A stretch of 61,107 nucleotides of DNA, counting the filler, from Sphacelaria rigidula (lineage: Eukaryota): NCBI GenBank assembly GCA_964200075.2. It is 9 parts of 9 records of this genome, joined end to end, with 100 filler letters (N's around TTAATTAATTAA, not from the genome) between each part and the next. Parts side by side here need not be neighbours in the genome. Positions count along the whole stretch, not along the records: positions 1 to 6,702 come from CAXNAA020018525.1; positions 6,803 to 13,504 come from CAXNAA020018526.1; 7 more parts are not named here. One strand, written 5' to 3'. Positions 1-9,754 of the stretch are shown one piece after another (position 1 is the first letter of the stretch; every line of letters starts with the position of its first letter). Under the pieces are notes generated by a model that did no database searches, was not told the DNA's origin, and saw only the letters and a program-made list of their open reading frames with translations. The translations under genes and the position numbers were made by a program.

Positions 1-198
1 ATGAGGGTGAAACACCAAGCACAAATCAGTTGTCGGGTCCAACCACGACAACTGCCCTTCCCGGGCATCGCCCCTCCGTTGCCGTTTATGAGATTCAACC
101 CTCGACTGATGAGACAAATATTCCAGGCACAAACACTGACACTCCATGCGCGCACCATCCTTTCAACCAAAAGCTTGTCCCTTTAGGATCATCAAGGG

Positions 199-948
199 GT
201 GTATTTTAGCACCTTCGTTCAAAGCGCAAAGCAGGATGTGTCAGATGCCTTGCCCGAATTCGGGCCCGATCTCGTCAGTGGTACTGTAACTATGGATGAT
301 GCTTCTTTTACGACCAAGATGGGTTTACATAGTGGAGCGCGTGTAAACTGTCATTTGATGGCTCTTACACTACCAGACTCTGGCTCGCCTCAGACGTTCA
401 TCACCGCCAGCCGCTGGCAACAGATGATCAACGCGAGCGCGGCGGACGAGCATTGTCTGTCCACCGTGCACCCTCGCGTTTTCGGTGGGTTTGGTTGCTC
501 CACATGTCTTACAGTCAATCAATCGGTGAGACTAAGTGTACAATTCTACCACGATACTATTCCCACTGCTCGGTTGTCCATATGGGCACTAATTGTGCCC
601 GACGGTTCCATGTCTTTTGACGTTTTGTTGGGTCGAGATAGTTGGCTTCGTTTTTCCACACATACGTATACGACGGACACACCTGTCCCGAACCGTCCAG
701 TAACGGGCAAACTGTCTCTGGGTCACTTCGACACTGATTCGGGAGCTGATGCTTATGAGGATGACCCCACGAAAACAGGTAATGCTTTCCGTCTGTACTA
801 TGTTGGTGAACCGGCAATCTCGCTTTCTCGTGAACTCCAACTAATTCAAGTGAACCTCGTGAGACGCAATGGATCGCCCGCCCTCACAGGACATTATTTG
901 GTCGAGTTGCTCAAATCTGACCAAGCACAGGTTGGTCCGTTTGAATAG
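199..948 (+). pseudogene. Retrotransposon aspartyl protease (retropepsin) region
   Basis: ALTLPDSGSPQTFIT (D-S-G catalytic motif) and downstream FDVLLGRD motif. Confidence 0.85.
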
Positions 949-1451
949 ACCGAGGTCTTTGTCCACGAAGGTAGGCAGGCCTTTTACTTCACGTCCCCTG
1001 CATATTTCGATATACTCAACGGTCATTTGTTTGGTTATGCTCAAGCGCCTCTCATACGAACCGCCCTGTCAGATGTGTGCCCCCCGGCGAACAACAACTC
1101 GCCGACCGACCCCCCGAAATCCACGGGCCCCCCTCCGCTATACATGCCTGACCCCATAGTGGTGACAAACCCACCAGATGTGCCTGACCCTCAACCCCCA
1201 ACTGCATTAATAGATAGATTTGCTTCAGAACAACGTGCCAGTTTTCAAAAGTTGTGGGATGACATTCCCCCTCACTTACGGCATATTGTTTTTGATCTAT
1301 CTGGCGATGGTTGGGCACCCACTGTAATCGATAGATTGAGATCCATCTTGATTAGATACTCTGAACTGTTTTCTACTGCACCCTTGGATTTAGGTCGATG
1401 TACCACGACACCGTTTAAGATCAAAATTCCTGATGGCACTCTTCTATCGCT

Positions 1452-2186
1452 ATGCGTCCGTACCGTACGAACCCCGTCTTAGCGGACAAGATCCAGGTAA
1501 TTCTCGATGGTTACTTACCCGCCGGTTTAATTCGGCACTCGACGTCTCCGTGGGCATCGTCTTTAGTAGTCGTCCGTGAGAAGAATGGCAAAATCAGACT
1601 GACGGTCAATTGTCAACGATTCAACGCTGTCACCAAAACCGCCCGTCTGCCACTTCCACGGATTGATGAAATTATTGACTCTCTTGGCGGGGGTTAAGTA
1701 CTTTCAAACTTTGACACGCAGTCCGGCTACCACCAGCTCGTGATAGGTCCCAATTCCATTGAACTGACGGCGTTTTGCACGCCATCAGGTTTGTACGAGT
1801 GGTTGGTTACACCACAAGGTGACGCCGGAGCTCCAGGTGCGTTTCAACGTGTAATGTTCCGTGTAACTGGTGGATTGCCCAAATTCCATATGTGCCTTGA
1901 TGATGCGGTGTGCCACGACTCCACACAGGCCGAACACGTCGAACAGTTGGCATCATTCTTCAATCGGTTTGAACAACACAACTTGAAACTCGCACCCTCC
2001 AAATCCCGCATTGGCGCCAGAAAGATTGAGTTCTTGGGTCATTGCATCACCCCCGAAGGTCGTAGCCCAAACCTCGACAAGGTCGCCGCACTCGCCGATT
2101 TTCCCATACCACGGGACATTTCTCAACTGCGTTCCTTGTTGGGAGATCTAAGCTACTACAGACAGTACTTGCCAAACCCTGCCTAA
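1452..2186 (+). pseudogene. Gypsy reverse transcriptase, inactivated
   Basis: RPYR...IRHSTSPWASSLVVV...LPRIDEIIDSLGG, TAFCTPSGLYEW, PQG..GAPGAFQR, KIEFLGH; catalytic YLDD reads CLDD; TAA stop at 1695-1697. Confidence 0.93.
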
Positions 2187-2189
2187 AAG

Positions 2190-2727
2190 CTAAAACCCCT
2201 CATCACCCTCCTCAAAAAAGGGGTGAAATTTGTGTTCACATTGGAAATGGAAAAAACCGTCCGCCGCCTCGTCGACACCCTTTCGCGCCCGCCGATTCTC
2301 GTCTTCCCCGACTGGTCGGCCGCGGAGCAGGGTTCTCGCCCTTTCCGGTTCCACACAGGTTCTTCCAAAAATTGGGTTTGGCTGCACATTAGAACAGGAG
2401 CAAGTCGATGCTACTGTTCGTCCCATTGCCTATCTGAGTCGCACCACTTTCCCGAATGAATAGAATTGGTCTGTCATGGAACAAGAGGCCGGCGCAGTTG
2501 TTTGGGGCGTGCGACGTCTGCGTCAGTATTTGTATGACATCCCGTTTTTTATTTACACCGATCACAAGTCTTTGGAAAGCCTTGCCAAAATGGCGGAACA
2601 CAACGCTAGGGTTCAACGCTGGTTCGAAATCCTGTCGTCTTACAACTTTCTAGTACCGCACAGGTCCCCAGAACGCAAACGCCGACTTTCTGTCACGCTT
2701 GCCCACACCAGCTCAACCTATCGATGA
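2190..2727 (+). pseudogene. RT connection/RNase H region, frameshifted
   Basis: PPILVFPDW, GFGCTLEQ, RPIAYLSR, EQEAGAVVWGVRRLRQYL, FFIYTDHKSL, RVQRW motifs spread over three frames. Confidence 0.9.
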
Positions 2728-3461
2728 ATCCGCCATGGGACGTATCACCGATCCCACCGAAGACATTGTATATTTCATAAACAGGAATTGACATGGAGGT
2801 CTCTACACACCACTTTCACTGAGAGAAACACCGGCTTCAGGCATGGGTGGGCTGACGACCACAGCCCACACATCAGTTCTAGGCAGCTTACGACCTCAAT
2901 CGTTGTACTCAGTTTGGAATGGACTGTCTACGAACACTGTTGGCTATGATCATTTTCGTGCAACTGGCCAGCGCATGGTTTTCGCAGCAGGTGTAGAACC
3001 GTCCTTTGCTGACTCCGTCTTATCAGTTCAAGTTTGAAATTTGATCTCGAGTACGACTCGTGGACGGCGAACCGCCGAAACGGCCACCAAATTAGCCGTT
3101 TCCGGTCCTGACCTTCCCCTCCCCGCCCCCCCCCCCCGGTCCCCGATGGTTTCCTTGCGCCCCCGCAGCCTCCGCGACGCAAGGCCCCCAGAAACGTCGA
3201 CCCCGACCGTGCCGCTTCTGCCAACCATAGCCGAAACCACAGCTGTGCCCTCCTCCAGTGGTGATGATATTGCAAACACCACCACAACAACACCCTCCAC
3301 GCTAATCGACGCAGGAGTAGACGTTAACGTTCCGTCTGGGAGTACATCAACTGGTAGGCTCACCCTCAATTCCGACATCACCGCTTCGTGCCAACTCCGC
3401 CCCGAACCGATCCCACACGAAGTCGGCGCTTCAACAGATAGATGGTGTATTCAAGGAACGT

Positions 3462-5926
3462 TTGACTCTCTTCTCCCACGCCGATTGGGCCCGGGAACAA
3501 CAGGCAGAACCTGCTTGTAAAGCAGCCATCCATTATCTTCCGAAAGGTTGTCCATGTCCATTCTCAGAAACTGAATTCCTTTTGCCAGTCGGGAATCTCA
3601 AAGCGCTCACACAGGATGAAGTTACTGAACTTTCAAGGAAAGGTATGCTATATACGGATGATGATGGTATAGTTCTGTTAGTTCGCCGGCCTACAGTAGC
3701 CCTCCCCAGAGGGAAGCCAACAAGTCGATATGCCCGCTTGCTAGGTGATGAACCCGTCCGCATCTATGTCCGGATGCTACTGCGCCCATGGGTTCTACAC
3801 GAATGCCATTCACAGGCATTGACTCATTTAGGCGCCATTAGGACCTCCCAGATGTTGAAACGTTTTTATTGGTGGATTTGTATGGATCAGTGTTGTCGTT
3901 GGTGGGTGAGGCGTTGTCTTTTGTGTCAGGCGCGAAAAACTTCTCGTCAAACAGTTCGTTGGCCGATTGTTTCCATGCCACTCCCAAACGGGCCTGGTGA
4001 AGTAGTGTCGTGGGATTATTTTGGTCCTTTGCCCCTGACGGATAGTGGGAATGAGTATATTTTGTTGTTACGGATAGATTTAGTCGACATGCGGTGATGC
4101 ACGCCGTCCCCCCCAGTAGTTATACCGCGGAAGGTACCGCCAACATTCTTGTTTACATGTACATCCCATTGTGGGGTTTGCCCAAACGCTTATTTTCTGA
4201 CAACGGCCCGCATTTTTCAGGCAAACTTTCTGCCGCCGTCAGTGACCTTTTGGGTGCCCATCGCATTTTTACTTGTTCCTATCACCCTTCCACTAATGGT
4301 GGAACGGAACGAGTGAACCATACGATGGCACAGATGCTTGCTGTTGTAGCGAATGAGAGACAGATGGACTGGGATCTGCACCTGCCCTTTGTCCAGATGA
4401 ACTACAACAATGCAGTCAATGCCGCTACGGGATTGTCACCGAATTAAATTCATATTGGACGCATGCCTCGGTTACCTTTAACGGTATTCGAACGCAAATA
4501 TACAGGTGGACATCAGAGTCTGGATCGTGATGTTGCAGAGTATCATTTGTCGGTTAGAAATCGTCTTCGTCTTATATATGACGTGGTACGAGAACAGAAC
4601 CAAATCAGTTTGGCCAAGGTGGCCAGGACGAACTCGATGTTGGATGATGTGGTGCATGTCCGCCCGGTGTGGAAGGTAGGCCAATGGGCATGGGTATATC
4701 ACGATGTGAAGACCATCAATCAAGGGGCTAGCTCGAAATCATCATCTTTGGACAAAGTGTTGAAGGCGAAACTATCCTTGAATCGGACTGGTCCTTGGGA
4801 AATTTTAGCTGTTGATCCAAGCGCTACCGCACCCGACAAGAGTCCGGTGGGAGCGAAACATTCGCATTTAGATTTACCCACGGATGAACCTGACTTGAAA
4901 CCGAAAAATCGCGTCTCGATGCTACGATGCAAACCGTGTATCCCCTCTCATGACTCCTCTGACATGCCCGACACTTTCTACGATAGCCCCCCCCCCGAAA
5001 CCCAGCCCAGAAGTGCCACTAAACAAATGGCAATATAGCGCCTGATGTTTGTGTTCAGGCTGCATAAAGCGCTTAATATTGGCGGCATTGGCTAGAGCGA
5101 ACGCAAGCGCGGGAATTCCCAGCTGCTCGTTGTGCTCGGCGTTTCCCATTTCGATTTACGTGGAGATTCTGTCCCCCCCAAAACATGCACTTTTGGGGGG
5201 GGGGGGCTATCGTAGAAAGTGTCGCCCACACAACTGCCGGTAGGGCTTAGCCAGTATGTGTTGACCAAGTATGCGATCAGAACTCCGCCGTATCATATGA
5301 CGGTCGAGGATGCGGACTCACTCCTGGAACGTGTTGAGGTAGATAGGATTTGGGGTCATCAACTGCTTCGTGGTCGTGGGGGTAAAATAGCGGTGATGTA
5401 TCAGACACAGTGGAAGGGTATCATGCGTGTTACATGGGAGCGTGAGGTTGATTTGCGTCATTTTCGTCGGGAAATATTGCTGTACTGGGTAGGAGATACC
5501 GTCCAACACCGCCCGTTGAATAAGAGATATCGGTCGATGCGCAAGGGAGCTGCCGCTCGAGAACTGGCACGTGAACACTCAGCGCGGTTTGTTGTGACAG
5601 GATATAGCCTTCTTTCGCGTTCACAATACATGCAGTGTTTTCACGGGAAACGATTGCCGAAAGGGGCGTATTTTTGGTATAAGGCCTTGGATTCACTGTG
5701 GTGGTTGAAAAAAATTGATTTGGTCGATCCTGCAGCTGACCACTCCTACTTCATCCGTTTCCTTGATGACCCAAGCCCCCTTAAGATTCGCTTGGATGAT
5801 GCGTACTACACCGAGGAGCCGACCGCTCGGAGGGGATCCTGGTGGCTCCAACGACACGACCAAGGCAAACTCGAAACAGCCGTTCTACGGAACACGCACA
5901 CCGCTTGGGATGCAGATGACTCATGA
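3462..5926 (+). pseudogene. Gypsy integrase (HHCC zinc finger, DDE core, GPY/F-like region, chromodomain, Tudor/PWWP-like C-terminus), disrupted by a frameshift, a stop and a MITE
   Basis: H..H(LG)...C..C in HECHSQALTHLG...RCLLCQ; WDYFGP, SDNGPHF, TNGGTERVN catalytic motifs; TGPWEI; VEVDRIWGH...YQTQWKG...TWERE chromodomain; frame is restored when 4970-5227 is removed. Confidence 0.92.
4970..5223. mobile_element. 254-bp MITE with GACACTTTCTACGATAGCCCCC terminal inverted repeats and a 4-bp TSD (GCCC)
   Basis: TIRs GACACTTTCTACGATAGCCCCCCCC / GGGGGGGGCTATCGTAGAAAGTGTC; GCCC at 4966-4969 and 5224-5227. Confidence 0.93.
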
Positions 5927-6279
5927 TGCCGCATCCGAGTCTGCTTCCCCATTCACCTTGCGTAGTGTACCGCGTTCGAAACGCTTGTCTTGCATTACAG
6001 CATCGTTAGAAAACCATGTGTTCCCCCTCCTTCCCCCTTCATTTTCTGTCGTACTGGTTAGTCCCGTACTTGTAGTAGTTGATGTAGTGTTTTGTATTTT
6101 GTATTTGGTCTTTGTTTTTTGTTGCTTTGGCCTTGATTTTGTGTTTCGATTTTCTTTGCCTTTGCGCTAACTGTTTTTACTTGTTATTGTCTTTTCTTTT
6201 CTTTTGTCTTCTTTTCTTTTCGCCTCATGCCATGTTTTCGATTTTTTGTGTTCAATGGGTACTTTTCTTGGGTACTTCT

Positions 6280-6702
6280 GGGTTCATCTGGCGAAGTACA
6301 AGTGACGACCGTTCCATTCCTGACCCCGAGTCTGGAACCTTGAGCCTCCGTCCTCTGCGCCGTACATTCACAACCATTCCGTCCATCGGAACAGTTGTCA
6401 TGAGTTATTTATGTCTTCATTTGTTTTTCGTTGTACGCACATCTTGTCTTGCTTTGTTATTGCATGGTCTTCATTTTTGATTCGTTTGTTTAGATGGAAG
6501 AGTTAACGGAGCAAGCGCTAGCCATACCTGACGCCCACGTCTGGAATACTTGCGCTCTTGTTCAATCGATCCGCACGCGAATGCCGCCTCCCTCTTCGGG
6601 ACCGGTCATGACGTGCCTTTTTGTGTCATATGTTGTCGGGTTTTTTTTTTTTGTCTTTTCGGTTTAAAGTTTTAGGAGTAAGCGCTGCATTTACCTGACC
6701 TC
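6280..6702 (+). repeat. Degenerate tandem array (~200-bp period) in the Gypsy 3' region: conserved ~110-120-bp units separated by T-rich spacers
   Basis: CCATTCCTGACCCCGAGTCTGGAA (unit 1), CCATACCTGACGCCCACGTCTGGAA (unit 2), CATTTACCTGACCTC (unit 3, cut by contig end); units 1 and 2 end in TCGG(A/G)AC..GTCATGA. Confidence 0.7.
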
Positions 6703-6802
6703 NNNNNNNNNNNNNNNNNNNNNNNNNNNNNNNNNNNNNNNNNNNNTTAATTAATTAANNNNNNNNNNNNNNNNNNNNNNNNNNNNNNNNNNNNNNNNNN
6801 NN
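6703..6802. other. Artificial contig linker
   Basis: N44-TTAATTAATTAA-N44, stop codons in all six frames. Confidence 0.99.
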
Positions 6803-7104
6803 GGGAAGCGATTGTTGCGTCGAAGATGGCCGATGGAAGAGACTGATTTCCCGTCACATGTGGGTACAATTTCCAAAAACAAGAGTACAATTGGGAGAAA
6901 AGTAGTCACAGCAGGGTACACCGTGGCCGTCTACCGCCGCCGCCGGGTGAAAATGGTCGTTGGCCAACCAGCTGCGCTCATTTCTCCTCCAAACAAAGAG
7001 GGTATACCCAGGTTTGTCGCTAATGCACCATGGTACACCCTGCTGTGACGTTTGCCTTTTTTTAAAACCAATCGGGCCAGTCCCTGCAGGGACCACGCCG
7101 CTGA

Positions 7105-7142
7105 CCCTAACCCCGGCACTAATCCTAACCCTAACCCCAACC
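7105..7142 (+). repeat. Short degenerate CCCTAA (telomere-like) tract
   Basis: CCCTAACCCCGGCACTAATCCTAACCCTAACCCCAACC; similar tracts near 24366-24388 and 39693-39714. Confidence 0.6.
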
Positions 7143-7776
7143 ATGGGGGTGTTCGAATTCCGATGCGGTCCTTTAAGCACGCGGTCCTCTCACGCATTAC
7201 ACAAACAACCCAGAAGAGGCGCAGGATGCATGGTATGAACATCACAAGGACCCCATGAACACAATTTGCTGTATACCGGGCACTGGGCAAATAAACAGCT
7301 TTCGCACGAAGCTTAAGACGTTCGATGAATATTCGTCCAAATGTTGACTGCAGGCGTTTTTCGTTATAGATGTGTTGCTGTACACCCACAAGTGGCTGCA
7401 GTAGGCTGACGTTAGCAGATGTGAAGCTCCCGTGCGAGCTGTGGCTCAACTGTGCAAGATGAAATGTTTGATGTTGAATGGTGCTTATGGCCAATGCAGA
7501 CTTGTAGAAGACAATGGACTGTCGAAGTCCTGTTGATGAGTTGGAGAAGTGAAGAGTAATAGCGTAGGGCCTGCGATATGCTCGTGAGTTCTCTTGTGCT
7601 CCTCTTCTCAGGAGTTCGTACCTCAATCCTATCGAAGATTCTCCATCGTACCGGACCGTTACTCAGGCCGATCTACAGTATACGAAGTCCTTGTTCCAGA
7701 CGTATTCTAGAACGTTCGTGTATTCGACGTTTCAACCGACAGCGGTTGCTCCGCTTAAACACCAAACGACACATAA

Positions 7777-8125
7777 CAGGGAATTCTATGAAATGAGTTT
7801 CATCAATGAAATAAGGTTTGAGGAGCTAGCCAGTATGCGACAAAAACCCGAGGGAAGTACCGTCCGCAAGTGCCTTCGATCGATACCGAGGGGGAGGGGG
7901 GCGTACTCATTTGCTGTTTGCCTTAGTCGTTTGACTATTGACCTTTTGAGACGGGGCGTGGTCAATGGTCGTATGACTAAGGCAAGCAACGAATGAGTAC
8001 GCCTCCTCCTCGCCGGTATCGATCAAAGGCACTTGCGGACGGTACTTCCCTCGGGTTTTTGTCGCACACTGGCTAGCTCCTCAGACCTCATTTCATTGAT
8101 CAACCTCATTTTATAGAACCCCCTG
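7777..8125. mobile_element. Foldback/MITE-like element made mostly of ~140-bp inverted arms
   Basis: 7777-7916 is the reverse complement of ~7985-8125 (e.g. GCGACAAAAACCCGAGGGAAGTACCGTCCGCAAGTGCC / GGCACTTGCGGACGGTACTTCCCTCGGGTTTTTGTCGC); CAGGG...CCCTG termini; no clear TSD. Confidence 0.8.
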
Positions 8126-9566
8126 CTACATGTTACATGCGCTATGTTACTAAGCGTTGCCTGGATATTCCATGACAAAGTCTATCCCTAACATTCTTCC
8201 GCTAGATTTCAGCATAGCGAGACCACAGGGAGCTGGGTCCGTGCGGTGGTACCTCAAGGAATATTCTCAAGGAATATTCGATGCTTTCGCAGCACGCGAC
8301 GTAAAGATATTTCACACGCATGGTGTTTTGCGGGCATCCTACCTGGCACACAACTGACCAGCACCAATCCCCAACCCCCGCCGGAGCAACGATTGCCCAC
8401 CCACTATTGAGCATTCATAAATTGCGCAAAGCTCGCCTTCGAATAATGCTTGTCAGCACAGGTACCACAAATGATCGTTTGTTGAGTAGAACAACCGCGC
8501 ACGCTGTAATTACAGACCAACCATACAGACTGCGGCCATTTTCATATAATGTTCTCGCACCCCGGAGTCCACGGCCTGGTCGGGGTAGTTACAGCCGGCC
8601 ACTCTGAGGGAAGTGTGCACGGCCTCCCACGACGCTGATTGGCGCATCTGAATGATGCAATCCACAGGAATTGCTTGGATTCAGCGTCACCTTGGATTCA
8701 AGATAGTAGCTATTGCATCTTGCGCCAGTCCTGGTGCAGGTGCAGAAGAGCATGCCTGGTTCACCACACTACTACTCAACAGATCAGTGTAAAAAACGCA
8801 AGACGCACAAGACTTACCCACACTGTTGATGGGTTCAAGAAAGAAGGATGCGCTTGGCGCCTTCCACGGTATGATCTCGAACAGCAATAGCATGGACGTG
8901 TCCCAGGCTTCACTGTATACGATTCATTTCGGAACGGAACCAGATCAAACCAAAACGAAACCGAAAGAAGCCGAGGATGAGATTTAATGACGACGTGATA
9001 ATGGCAACAAAAGATCGCCATTCGCCCTTTACACGCGGCCAATACTGCGTACCATGTCCTTGCACGCAAAAGCCAGCACGTAGGTATGTCGGCATAAACC
9101 ACTTATCGTCTCGTAAAAGCGGGCCAACAAGCTTCTCCAAACCCGCATACAGCAGCTCTGAGAAAGTCTCTACCATGCTGAAGGAATATAGAATTGCACT
9201 CGCCACAGCGCTGTAGCACACACAATCGGAGAAAGCACCATGTACTCATTTGATTCGATCTTCACGACAGATCTCTTCCCCCCCCCCCTTCAACACGCAG
9301 TGTGGAACCGCGTGCACGACACTCCCATACCGACGATCGACAGTAAGCCGAGCTGCGTGTTGTAGGCGCGATGAGGCTTTGGCTTGTGTGCTTGATAAAA
9401 TTATGACCGCCAACAAACGGAAAACCATCACAGGATCATGATAGTTGACCCTTAATCAAGAGCACACCGATGCCGATGAAACAAGTCGACCACGCCGGCG
9501 CGAAGTTTCGCCTTCACTCTCTTGCACCGCAAACGATATACTCACCGCGCTGTTTTGTGGTCTTAC

Positions 9567-9754
9567 CTGACAGCGATGAAATTGAAATCACAGGCAGCCT
9601 TGATAACCATCTCCAAGCTGGCACTACAACCCATTCCCGGCTCGAGACAGATGGAACTCCGGCCGTCGTACGCATAGCTGCCGGCAAACATCCTGGCGAC
9701 AACGTTCTGGAAGCTTGGCATGACCACCATCTCTCGGAAGCAGGCTTCGTAGTC
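9567..9754 (-). CDS. Candidate isolated internal exon, unknown product (may be a pseudogene relic)
   Basis: TTCATCAG acceptor and AG|GTAAGA donor bracket an open frame DYEACFREMVVMPSFQNVVARMFAGSYAYDG...; no recognisable domain or partner exon. Confidence 0.3.

Larger units (their letters stand above)
1..6702 (+). mobile_element. Degenerate Ty3/Gypsy LTR retrotransposon, internal region (pol plus 3' non-coding region); both LTRs outside the contig or not recognisable
   Basis: Domain order protease-RT-RNaseH-integrase is diagnostic of Ty3/Gypsy; several in-frame stops and frameshifts split pol into at least 8 ORF pieces. Confidence 0.95.

Noticed and set aside
5715..6480. Hydrophobic ORFs after pol as a possible env/transmembrane protein
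   Set aside because: The F/L/V/C richness comes from translating T-rich tracts; the same applies to 48165-48563 and 25154-25441
7105..7142. True telomere or chromosome-fusion scar
   Set aside because: Only 3-5 degenerate units, internal, and found in three unrelated contigs; more likely part of dispersed repeats
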